This document shows positions 1 through 13,500 of a DNA stretch of 64,000 bases, one piece after another. Source of the DNA: the human T2T-CHM13v2.0 reference genome, Homo sapiens; NCBI RefSeq assembly GCF_009914755.1, contig NC_060933.1. One strand, 5' to 3'. The position numbers were made by a program, and so were the translations under genes. The notes beneath the pieces were generated by a model that was not told the origin of the DNA, searched no databases, and saw nothing but the letters and a program-made list of their open reading frames with translations. Position 1 is the first letter of the stretch. Every line of letters begins with the position of its first letter.

Positions 1-127
1 ACTAAAATTGACATAATTTACATATTATGACACAACGTGTTATATTCTCTCATCATCTGTGAATCTTCCTGTAATAACAAGAATGCTCCGAAACATATCT
101 TAATGAATCACATGTATATTTTTAATT

Positions 128-320
128 TTAAACTTTTTTGAGATGTTATATATGATATATATTATATATTATATATTATACATTATATATATTTTATATA
201 TTATATATATTATATATAATATATATTATACATTATATATTATATGTAATATATATAACATCTCATAAAAATATATATAACATCTCAGAAAATAGTTTAA
301 TATATATATATATATAACTC
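128..320. repeat. (TA)n-rich low-complexity tract flanked by inverted arms
   Basis: TATATATTA-type array; ttaaacttttttgagatgttatata (128-152) is the near reverse complement of tatataacatctcagaaaatagtttaa (274-300). Confidence 0.9.
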
Positions 321-689
321 AAAAGGTATATACCATTCTACAAATTTTTCTGAAGGAATGCCTGCATAATACCCCCTAGGTCAAGAAATAACACTGCTAG
401 CATTTTGGGAGGTCTTGCATGATTTTTTGCAATTAAAATTACTTTCCTCCTCACTGGATACAACCACTGTTTTAGTAGCCATAGTAAATAAGTGCTTTCT
501 AGTTTTGTTTCTTTTTTTTAGTATAGTTTTACCAGTTATGCATTTTGCAACATTAAAATTTTGTATTTCCTTTTTCAAAAATCTTTATGTAGATTCATAT
601 GTACTCATCTCTAGCTTTATTCAAATTTTACTTGAAGTTTTATCATTTTTGTATGTTATGTAGTTTTTCAATGCTTGATAAATATATTA

Positions 690-1810
690 GTTTATTCTTT
701 CTATTGTTTGAAGATGTTTTTATTGTTTCCAGTGTTTTGTTATAATAAATAAGGCTTCTAAAAATATTCTTATCCATGTTCATATGCAAGCATTTCTGGA
801 GTAAAGAGGTAGGACTGGGTCAATGGATGTATGTTTCATGTTAGCAGATATTGCAGCACCATTTCCTAAAGTTCTTTTTTTACCAATTTCAACTCCCCAC
901 AGATGTGCATGAGGATTTTCATTGATCTACATTCTCAATAAATCTTGCTATTGTGTCATTTTTACTAGCCCCATTCTTTTGGCTGTGTAGTGGCATTTAA
1001 TTTATATTTAATTTTTTAATCCGATAAATAAGCATTTGAATGTCTATTAACATGCATATAGATATTTAAAAATCCTCATTTGAGAAGATCCTGTACAAGC
1101 CTTTATCCCTTTTTCATTGGCCTTTCTGTCTTTTTATTTGTGGGGATTCATTTTATGTGATCTGGCTACAAGTATTGCTTGATACAGGCATTGCAGACGT
1201 CTTCTCACACTGTTTGGGTTGAATTTCACCATCTTAATGGTACGTTTTAATTAATACCAGGTCTAAATAGAGGTTAACATATCAAACACCAATCCACATA
1301 GTATTCCGTTTAAGAAAAGTTCACTGATTGTGAATAGGTAAGTTTTCATGTAAAAGCGTCATTGTTTTTCTGCTCTTTTTTAAATCCATGATACATCTAT
1401 AATTGAGTTTTGTATATGATACTAATCAAGGGACATTATTCCCTATAAAAATGAGGGTATCCAATTTAACTAAAACCATTTATTGAAAATGTAATTTTCA
1501 TCTTTTTGGGCTGAAGACATTAATCAAAAGACTGCTTATATATGTTCCATTGGTTATTGTCTGTTCTTAGAACAAATAACACAACCTCTAAATCATGACA
1601 TGGATTTTGATACTTAATTCTGTAATTTCTCCAGCTTTGTGTTTCTTCCACAAGTTTTCCTTGACCATTCTGGACTTTTGATTGGCATGTATACTTTAGA
1701 ATGAGGTTGCAAATTTACACAAATGAACAAATTTTATAGGATTTTATAATTTCATTAAGTGTATAGACCAGATGTATAACAGAGTTTTTAAATATTTGAA
1801 CATTTTTCAA
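690..1810 (-). mobile_element. Old L1 (L1ME-like) 3' region fragment
   Basis: Degenerate antisense L1M motifs (e.g. tttcaactcccccacagatgtgcatgagg, tgtgtagtggcattt, ttgagttttgtatatgat); boundaries approximate. Confidence 0.6.
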
Positions 1811-1873
1811 TTCAAGAAAATTTACTTAGGCTTATAAAAACAATTATATAATTACATTTAGTATTTATAATTG

Positions 1874-2900
1874 TAGAATTTAACTTCCTCAGATTAATAA
1901 AGAATATCTAAGATGAGGAACACAGCAAGGATGTTCACTCTCACTACTCCTATTCAACATCATACTGGAAGGCATAGCTAATACGATTAGACAAAAAAAA
2001 GGAAAAAAGAACCCAGATTAGTTCACTGGTGAGTTCTAGCAAACATTTAAAGATAAATTAACCAATTAATTTTCTACAATCTGTCCTAGAAAATAGAATC
2101 AGAGCAAATACTTGCTAAATCTTTCTGTAAGGCCAGCATTACCTTAATATCAAATCAGAAAAATACAAGAAAACACTACTACAGACCAATAACTCTTATG
2201 AATATAGATTCAAAAATCCTCAACCAAACATTAGCAAATTGCCAATAATGTATTAGAAGAAATCTATATCATGTGGAGTTTATTACACTTATGCAAGGCT
2301 GGTCTAGCATTTGAAAACCATGAAATCCATTATGTTAACAGGCTAAGGAAAAAAAGTCATATGATCATATTAACAGATACAGAAAAAATGTTGGCAAAAT
2401 TCATCATCCATTAATCATAAACACTTTCAGCAAACTAGGATTAGAATTTAACTTCCTCAGATTAATAAAGAATAGCTATGAAAATATTTACAGCTAATAT
2501 AACATTTAATAGTGAGGAATGCCTGCTTTCCTGCTAAGATCAAGAACACATTAAAAAATACATAAACAGATGAAGAGATATTTCACGTAAATGAATTTGA
2601 AATCTCAATATTGTAAAGGTGAAAATTTGTCTCAACTTGACCTATAGAATCAACATAGCCCCAATCAAGATTTCTACAAGTTGTTATTTTGTGCATATCA
2701 ACAAACTTATTCTCAAGATTATAGAGAAAGGCAAAAAACACAGATAGCCAAGATAATATTTAAGGAGAAGAACAAAGTCAGAAAACTAATATGACTAATA
2801 CTACAAGACTAATATAAAACTACAATACTAAAGACAGTGGTATAATAATGGAAGATTAAACAAATATTTCAATGAAACAGAATAAAGAGCCCAGAAGTAA
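1874..2900 (+). mobile_element. Old L1M ORF2 fragment, internally shuffled
   Basis: RT-region motifs: ctcctattcaacatcatactggaa, actacagaccaataactcttatgaatatagattcaaaaatcctcaa, atgcaaggctggt. Confidence 0.75.
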
Positions 2901-3807
2901 ATACAGTAATCATAACTCAACACCCTAGAGATAATAATACATAATATTAGTCTTTTCAACATATTGCATCATGATGTAAGAAAAAAAGAGACTAGAAATG
3001 GGGATTACGATAACTGTCCTCAAACTTGTACGCTGGAAATTAAGGTAACTGGATTAAAAAGCTTTTGTGCCTTTTCTAATACTAGGTTATTTTAATAAAT
3101 TAAAATATTGATTATTCTCTTCTACATAGTGTATTAAGATTAGAACATACTGTTAAATCAGTAGCAATCACTTCTTCCATATTTCCATTCTTGATTTTAT
3201 AAGACAATGTTTTATTTATATATTAACTCAAATTTTATCAGAGCAACTCTTGGATCACAGAAATAATCTGACTATTATGACCATTTAAGAAACAACATTT
3301 CAGCATAACATAGTAGAATCTGCTACTCGGCATGGGTTTCAAATTCCTTCATAATTTGATGCCACACTACTTATTTGATTCACTTTCTCAATTCTTCTCA
3401 ATATACATGTAGTATTCTAATTTCATAATACCTTCATAAATTACAAATCCACAGCATTGAAAAAGATGACTTTCCCTACTTATTCTGAGTATTCAAATTG
3501 TTCTCATTTTAAAAAAAAAGTCTTACATTTTATCTTCTTTATGACACATTATCAGGCAACTGTGGCTCTCACTGATTTCCCTCAATATTAACGTACTTCA
3601 GTAAATATTATTTAGTTGATTACCTCTGTTGCATTATTTACTTGTTTGTATATTTTTAATTTTTTCCAGAGTACATCAATACCTTCTTCATATTAACCCC
3701 ATAGCTTCTGGTCCACTTTATCTTTAACAGCTCCAAGAGTTACATTGTACATACAGTAAGTGCTAAATATCATTTAATTTAATTAATATTTGAATCCTCT
3801 ACTAGTG

Positions 3808-3943
3808 CAGTGGTTTTTGTTCTGTGACTTATTGCTGAAAGACAGATAATTCCCAAGAAACTTGTTGAAATAGATTTCTCTCGCCTACCCCAGATCTGTG
3901 AACAATGAAATGAGCCCCAGGAATTTTTAAAAAGAGGCTCACT
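3808..3943. mobile_element. MER5-like hAT-Charlie MITE, interrupted by the L1PA (remainder at ~8493-8535)
   Basis: cagtggttt...cttgttgaaatagattt...cctaccccaga...gccccaggaatttttaa then tgattttatgcacac after the L1; resembles the MER5 consensus. Confidence 0.4.
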
Positions 3944-3944
3944 T

Positions 3945-6915
3945 ATTTTTTTTTTTTAATATACTTTAAGTTCTGGGATACATGTGCAGAATGTGCAGGT
4001 TTGTTACATAGGTATACATGTGCCATGGTGGTTTGCTGCACCAATCAACCTGTCACCTACATTAGGTATTTCTCCTGACACTATCCCTTCACTAGCCCCC
4101 ATTCCCCGACAGGCCCCTGTGTGTGATGTTCCCCTCCCTGTGTCCGTGTGTTCTCATTGTTCAGCTGCCACTTATGAGTGAGAACACATGGTGTTTGGTT
4201 TTCTGTTCCTGTGTTAGTTTGCTGAGAATGATGGTTTCCAGCTTCATCCACGTCCCAGCAAAGATAGGAACTCATCCTTTTTTATGGCTGCATAGTATTC
4301 CATGGTGTATATGTGCCACATTTTCTTTATTCATTCTATAATTGAGGGGCATTTGGGTTGGTTCCAAGTCTTTGCAATTGTGAATAGTGCTGCAATAAAC
4401 ATAAGTGTGCATGTTTCTTTATAGTAGAATGACTTATAATCCCTTGGGTATATACCCAGTAATGGGATTGCTGGGTCAAATGGTATTTCTGGTTCTAGAT
4501 CCTTGAGGAATCACCACACTGTCTTCCACAATGGTTGAACTAATGTACACTCCCACCAACAGTATAAAAGTGTTCCTATTTCCCCACATCCTCTCCACCA
4601 TCTGTTGTTTCCTTTTTAATGATCGCCATTCTAACTGGCTGGTGAGATGATATCTCATTGTGGTTTTGATTTGCATTTCTCTAATGACCAGTGATGATTA
4701 GCTTTTTTTTTCATATATTTGTTTGCCACATAAATGTCTTCTTTTAAGAAGTGCTTGTTATATCCTTCACCCACTTTTTGATGGGGTTGTTTGTTTTTTT
4801 CTTGTAAATTTGTTTAAGTTCCTTATAGATTCTGGGTATTAACCTTTTGTCAGATGGATAGATTGCAAAAATTTCCTCCCATTCTGTAGGATCCCTGTTC
4901 ACTCTGATGAGATTTTGCTGTGCAGAAGCTCTTTAGTTTAATTAGGTCCCATTTGTCAATTTTGGCTTTTGTTGCCATTGTTTTTGGTGTTTTAGTCATG
5001 AAGTCCTTGCCCATACCTATGTCCTGAATAGTAATGCCTAGCTTTTCTTCTAGGGTTTTTATGGTTTTATGTCTTATGTTTAAGTCTTTAATCCATCTTA
5101 AGTTAATTTTTGTATAAGGTGTAAGGAAGAGGTCCAGTTTCACTTTTCTGCATATAGCTAGTCAGTTTTCCTAACACATTTTATTAAATAGGGAATCCTT
5201 TTCCCATTTCTTGTTTTTGTCAGGTTTGTCAAAGATCAGATGGTTGTAGATGTGTGGTGTTGTTTCCGAGGCCTCTGTTCTGTTCCATTGGTCTGTGTAT
5301 CCGTTTTGGTACCAGTACCATGATGTTTTGGTTATTGTACACTTGTAGTATAGCTTGAAGTCAAGTAGCATGATGCCTCCAACTTTGTTGTTTTTGCTTA
5401 GGATTGTCTTGGCTATGCAGGCCCTTTTTTGGTTCCATATGAAATTTAAAGTAGCTTTTTCTAATTATGTGAAGAAAGTCAATGGTAGCTTGATGGGATA
5501 GCATTGAATCTATAAATTAGTTTAGGCAGTATGGCCTATTTCACAATGTTGATTCTTCCTATCCATGAGCATGGAATGTTTTTCCATTTGTTTGTGTCCT
5601 CTCTTATTTCCTTGAGCAGTGGTTTGTAGTTCTCCTTGAAAAGTTCCTTCACATCCCTTGTAAGTTGTATTCCTAGGTATTTTATTCTCTTTTTAGCATT
5701 TGTGAATAGGAATTCACTCATGATTTGCCTCTCTGTTTGTCTGTTATTGGTTTATAAGAATACTTGTGATTTTTGCACACTGATTTTGTATCCTGAGACT
5801 TTTCTGAAGTTGCTTATCAGCTTATGGAGTTTTTGGGCTGAGACGATTGGGTTTTCTAAATATACAATCATTTCAAATGCAAACAGAGACAACTTGACTT
5901 CCTCTCTTCCCTTTTGAATACCCTGTATTTCTTTCTCTTGCCTGATTGCCCTGGTCACAACTTCCAATACTATGTTGAACAGGAGTGGTGAGAGAGGTCA
6001 TACTTGTCTTCTGGCAGTTTTCAAAGGAAATGCTTCTGGCTTTTGCCCATTCAGTATTATATTGGCTGTGGGTTTGTCATAAATATCTTGTACTAGTTTG
6101 AATTACATTCCATCAATACCTCTTTAATTGGGAGTTTTTAGCATGAAGGGCGTTGAATTTTATCGAAGGCCTATTCGTCATCTATTGATATAATCATGTG
6201 CTTTTTGTCATTAGTTCTGCTTATGTGATGAATTATGTTTTTTGACTTGCATATGTTGAACCAGCCTTGCCTCCCAGGAATGAAGCCAACTTGATGTGGT
6301 GGATAAGCTTTTTAATGTGCTGCTGGATTTGGTTTGCCAGTATTTAATTAGGATTTTCACATCAATGTTCATCAGGGATTTTGGCCTCAGGTTTTTTTGT
6401 TGTTTTCGTGTCTCTGCCAGGTTTTGGTATCAGGATGATTCTGGCCTCATAAATGACTTAGGGAAGAGTCCCTCCTTTTCAACTGTTTGGAATTGTTTCA
6501 GAAGGAATGGTACCAGCTCCTCTTTGTACCTCTGGTAGAATTTGGCTGTGAATTTTTCTAGTCCTGGGCTTTTTTTGGTTGTTAGGCTTAATTACTGCCT
6601 CAATTTCAGTACTTATTATTGATCTATTCAGGGATTCGACTTCTTCATGGTTTATTCTTGGGAGGGTATATGTGTCCAGGAGTTCATCCATTTTTCTAGT
6701 TATTTCATAGAGGTGCTTACAGTATTCTCTGATGGTACTTTGTATTTCTGTGGGATCAGTGGTGATATCCCCTTTATCATTTTTCTTTCGTGTCTATTTG
6801 AGTCTTCTCTCTTTTCTTATTAGTCTAGCTAGTAGTCTTTCTATTTTGTTAATTTTTTTTTTAAAAAAAAGCTCCTGGATTCACTCATTTTAAGGGTTTT
6901 TTGTGTCTCTATGTC
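3945..6915 (-). mobile_element. L1PA7/L1PA8-like, non-inverted 3' part (3'UTR plus disrupted ORF2)
   Basis: Poly(T) 3946-3957, L1PA 3'UTR, ORF2 peptides in the ORF track ([31 protein letters not shown]); TSD aagaggctcacttatttt 3932-3949 vs aagagcctcactgatttt 8491-8508. Confidence 0.95.
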
Positions 6916-8492
6916 ATAATTTCAGACAAAATAGACTTTAAACCAACAAAGATCAAAAAAGACAAAGAAGGGCATCACATAATGGTAAAGGGATCAATGC
7001 AACAATAAGAGTGAACTATCCTAAATATACATGCACCAAATACAGGCGCACCCAGATTAATAAAGCAAGTTCTTAGAGACCTACAAAAGGACTTAGACTC
7101 CCACACAATAATAGTGGGAGACTTTAACAACCCACTGTCAATATTAGATCAATGAGACAGAAAATTAACAAGGATCTTCAGAACTTGAACTCAGCTCTAG
7201 ACCAAGCAGACCTAAAAGGCCTCTACAGAACTCTCCACCCCAAATCAACAGAATATACATTCTTCTCAGTAACACATTGCACTTATTCTAAAAATGACCA
7301 CATAATTGGAAGTAAAACACTCCTCAGCAAATGTAAAAGAATGGAAATCATAACAAACAGTCTCTCAGACCACATTATAATCAAATTAGAACTCAGGATT
7401 AATAAACTCACTCAAAACCACAAAACTACATGGAAACTGAACAATCTGTTCCTGAATAACAACTGGGTAAATAACGAAATTAAGGCAGAAATAAATAACT
7501 TTTTTGAAACCAATGAGAAAAAGACACAATGTACCAGAATATCTGGTACACAGCTAAAGCAGTGTTTAGAGGGAAATTTATAGCATTAAATGCACATGGG
7601 AGAAAGCAGGAAAGATATAAAATCGACACCCTAACATCACAATTAAAAGTACTAGAGAAGCAAGAGCAAACAAATTCAAAAGCTAGCAGAAGACAAGAAA
7701 TAACTAAGAATAGAACAGAACTGAAGGAGACAGAGACACAAAAAAACCCTTCAAGAAATCAACAAATCCAGGAGCTGGTTTTTGAAAAGATTAACAAAAT
7801 AGATAGACCGCTAGCCAGACTAATAAAGAAGAAAAGAGGGAAAAATCAAATAGATGCAATAAAAATGATAAAGGGGATATCATCACTGATCCCACAGAAA
7901 TACAAACTACCATCAGAGAATACTATAAACACCTTTATGCAAATAAACTAGAAAATCTAGAAAAAACGGATACATTCCTGGACACACACACCCTCGTAAG
8001 TCTAAACCAGGAAGAAGTCAAATCCCTGAACAGACCAATAACATGTTCTGAGATTGAGGCAGTAATTAATAGCCTACCAACCAATAAAAAAGCCCAGGAC
8101 CAGATGGATTCACAGCCGAATTCTACCAGAGGTACAAAGAGGTTCATTCCTTCTGAAACTATTCCAAACAATAGAAAAAGAGGGGCTCTTCCCTAACTTA
8201 TTTTATGAGGCTAACATCGTCCTGATGCCAAAACCTGGCAGAGACACAACAAAGAAAGAGAATTTCAGGCCAATATCCCTGATGAACATCGATGTGAAAA
8301 TCCTCAATAAAATACTGGCAAACTGAATCCAGCAGCACATCAAAAAGCTTATCCACCATGATCAAGTTGGCTTCATCCCTGGGATACAAGACTGGTTCAA
8401 CATACGCAAATCAATAAACATAATCCGTCACATAAACAGAACCAATGAAAAAAAAACACATGATTATCAGACGCAGAAAAGGTCTTCAATAA
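6916..8492 (+). mobile_element. Inverted 5' segment of the same L1PA (ORF2 endonuclease to RT start)
   Basis: ORF2 peptides MRQKINKD..., [29 protein letters not shown]; ends at the right TSD. Confidence 0.95.
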
Positions 8493-10498
8493 GAGCCTCA
8501 CTGATTTTATGCACACCACAGATGGGGCAACTGAGTTTCTAGATTGCTAACACGCAAAGCTTACTTCTCATGTTATTTTGATGTTGATGAGCTTCAAAGA
8601 GAAAAGCATTTTGCAATATTTATTAAACATTTTTAGAGTCTTCAGACTAAATAACAAGACATTATTAGCAAAAGTATATGTACTTCGATTTTCACGTTTT
8701 CTCAATTGATAACATTTAAAATATCACACACACATAAAATAGGAAACACTAATAACAACCCTCCTAATTACCTCATAGTGCTGTGCTTTGAAGTCTCCTT
8801 TTTAGGGTGAAATACTTTAATTGTTAAAGAACAAATTAATTTTAAATAATTAAAAATAGACATGTTTTCAAAAAATGTATATCATTTTTTGATATACTTA
8901 AGTTCAGTGTATATCATTTTGTTCTCCTAAGCATCAATTTTTATATTAAGAGAGGAAGAAATTTATATAAAATATAACTGAGGGAAAAATTAAATAACGA
9001 TATACTTTCCAGGTATGAGGTTAATTTGTAATTTATACCTGTGCAATTCTGAAAGCCACTGGATAGCTTCATTCTGATATAAAGGCACTGTTCCCATAAG
9101 ACTGGACATTTATACAACATAAATGAACAGCTGCACGGTATACTGGTTTCCAAGGCTCACATTAGCACCACGTTAATCCATGTATATTTGCAAATTGTTA
9201 TGATCATTGCTCAGAAATGGCATCAGTTGCAGCTGCAGCAATTCTGAAAATATTTCAGACTTGTGATGGCTGGAACAACAACACAGAAATTATAATCATC
9301 TGACATCCATCACCACAGCTCCTTCACTTGATTACACCAGTCAACAAATCCTGGGCAGGAAGACAGTGAAATAAGGAACAACACCAACCTCGTATGCTAA
9401 AGACGTTTGGGTTTTTTTTCTTCGATTCTCACCATCCTAATACTTTCCCATCTTTCTTCTATTTTTGAAAACTGTCTAATATACAAACAGAATCATAAAA
9501 ATAACTGATTTTTTAAAGTGTCCACCAATACGCTACTTCTTAAGAACTAAATCAACAAGGATCTTCTTAAAAATCCTAGTTCCATGTAAAGTGATGTTGT
9601 TACTAAATATTATTCCGAATATGATTTCGAATAGAAACATACTTGCTATTTTCATCCTCCCCTTTGTTTTGTATTTTACTTTGACCAAGCTATATTTTCC
9701 CCTTACTGGAAGACTAAGTATTTTCAGAGTATAGGGTAAATTGATAGGATTTCTTTCTCAATGCTACTGTTTCATGTCTTATCTCTTAAGCTGTATATTA
9801 TGGCTCACCAATTTTATATTGAGGGCTACTCTGATAATTAATTTCTAGACATTTGCAGTAGACAATTCAGCCTCAAACATTTTATTATGTCACAGGTTTA
9901 ACCTTAGTGTTAGTATTCTTTTTATCCTTTCGGACAAGCTAAGCAAACTTACAAAGTCCAACACTAAGCAAGTGCTTTTAGCCAATATTGAAAATATTTG
10001 TAGAATACACTAGTGAATGCATATTTATGCCCAATCAACTATTATACGATACTGTTTTTCAAGTCACGATTTAATTAGACAAAAAATCCCAGTGTTTAGC
10101 ATGCAATACAGAATCTTCTATTGGATTATTCTTGCTTATCTATTTTTCTGATGACGAACTCCACGTATTATGTCTGAATATCCCTAGATTTTAAGTGTAA
10201 TATTTCATGTCTTATGCCTGGTGTTCTCTCCACCAGATTTTTATCTCCTAATAAGATATTTCAAATAACATTTCCTCAAGGAACCCATTAAAAGTGTGTA
10301 TTTCAACTATTTCTTAGCAGATTTACAGATCTGGGCAACTAACCATGACCAAAATCTAATCAAGAATATTTTCATCACACTAGTTTTTATTCTTTTAATT
10401 TCTTCCTGTACATTGGTGCTGCCATTGGCTTCCACTCTTTTACATGAACATAGTTTTATTCCCACCTGACTCCTTTAGGTTGCCATTGTACAATCTGT

Positions 10499-10556
10499 TT
10501 CTCCTCTCTCTCTCTCCTCTCTCTCTCCCTCTCTCTCTGATACACACACATACACG
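10499..10556. repeat. (CT)n(CA)n microsatellite
   Basis: Direct inspection. Confidence 0.9.
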
Positions 10557-10890
10557 CTACAAGCCCAGTTGTATAGTTGCATACATATAACTTTATTCAA
10601 ATTTTTAAAATAATTTAGCAAAAGAAAGACAAAATATATAAATATATTGTTGTTTACAATTTTCTACATAATTCCCTTTAGCACCACTCTGGTTTTTTAA
10701 ATTTGGCTTTAAATTAATGTCTGCTTTCAGTTGCTTTGAAATTTGAAGAACTTATTTTTTGTGTGTAACAGATCTGATAGCAACAAATTTTATTTCATCT
10801 TTATTTTTGAAATATTAATTTTTTTGCCATTTTTCCTTTTATTTTTAGTGACACATAATTGTATATATTTGTAGGATACAAAGTGATATT

Positions 10891-11966
<1,076 letters not shown>

Positions 11967-12446
11967 TAATTTTTTAAAAATTTAGAACTTTGATTATGTC
12001 ACCCACTGCTTTCTTCCTCCACTGTTTCTGTTGAGAAGTCAATTAATAGTATTAGGTTTCCCTCATATGTGATGAGTTTTTTTGTTTTATTTTGTTTAAC
12101 TGCCTTCATGATCTTCTTCTTGTCTTTGGCTTTCAATATGTGATGAAGACTTGTCTGAGTGTGGATTTCTTTGTGTTTGTCCTACTTGGAGTTTAATGTG
12201 TGTCTTGGAAAGATAGATTCATATTGTTCATCATCTTTGAAATGTGTTTAGCTATTACATTTTCAAATATTTGTTCTGCCTCCTTTTCTATATTCTTCAC
12301 TTTTTGTACTCCTATTATGCATATGTTGGGGTTCTTAATGATGCCTCACATTTTTCTAAGGCTCTGTTCATATCGTTTAATTTACTTTTTTCTATCTTTT
12401 TTAGATTGATAAACTCTAAAGTCTATCTTCAAAACTGTATTTTAAA

Positions 12447-12595
12447 ATAATATGTTGCTGTGAGGTGATGGACATGTTAATAAGCTTCATTGTGCTAATC
12501 ATTTCACACTGTACATATATATCAAAGCATCAAGATGTATACTTTAAATAAATACAAATTTTATTTTTTAATTATACTTCAATAAAGCTGAAAAA
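12447..12595 (+). mobile_element. L1MA9/10-like 3' end
   Basis: gtgaggtgatggacatgttaa...atcatttcacactgtacatatatatcaaagcatca...ttatacttcaataaagctg. Confidence 0.75.
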
Positions 12596-12844
12596 GCAAA
12601 GATAAAAGAAAAGCCATTTTACCATTTAAAAGAAAAGATAATATAATGATGAAACTATAAAGACTGAATAACATCCACACATACACATATAGAGAATTAA
12701 TGTTGTAGTTCTTTGGTTGGTCATTTGTTTGTTTAGTGACTCAATTGAACTATTTCTGTGAAATTCATTTTCACTGTAGTTTGATGTCTCTGATGTCCCT
12801 GTTAAGATTTTTTTCTTGCCTTTATCTTTTTGCTTGATGACCAA

Positions 12845-13500
12845 TAATATAACATAATCAAGTGGGATTTATTCTAAAGATATAAAGATTCCTTATTATT
12901 ACTCTCTCAGTAAATACAATTTGTCACAGAAATAGAGCAAAAAATGTATATGATTATCTCTGTGGATTGTAAAAACTCAGTGGTAAGACACATTCTAAAA
13001 GTCTCATTAAAACACTACCTCAAAAATTATTTTATAAAAATAATTTACTTCATTGATTTATTTACCTATTTTTTTTAACTGACATAAAAGTTAACATCAT
13101 ATTTCATGAGAAAACAATGAAACTTTCTCTAGAAAAGGCAAAGAACAAGATAAAGACCTCCTTTATCACCAAAAACATTTACAAATCTTCTAAGGCTATG
13201 AAAATAAATGAGAGTAAAACTTAAATGGAGGAAGTAAAATTATCCTTATTTGTAGATGATTTTAGTATTTACCTTGAAAATCCAAGATAATTAAAATTAC
13301 AAGTAGTATGATAATTCAATAAGGAGCTGGGCAACAACAACCAGTGAATAAATAAAATTAATGAAACAGATCTATTTATATAAGCAAAAAAATTGAAAGA
13401 CTTAAGAATCAAGAGGAAATGTGCAAGATCTATAGGAAAAACAATTTCACATGCTACTTAAGGTGACAAAGGAAGACTTGAACAAACATAAAGCATAAAG
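12845..13500 (+). mobile_element. Old L1ME ORF2 fragments
   Basis: ggaagtaaaattatccttatttgtagatgat, aaatgtgcaagatctata, gaagacttgaacaaa. Confidence 0.6.

Noticed and set aside
4476-8389. Multiple ORFs with EN/RT-like peptides
   Set aside because: Frameshifted, stop-interrupted L1 ORF2 debris, not a functional gene
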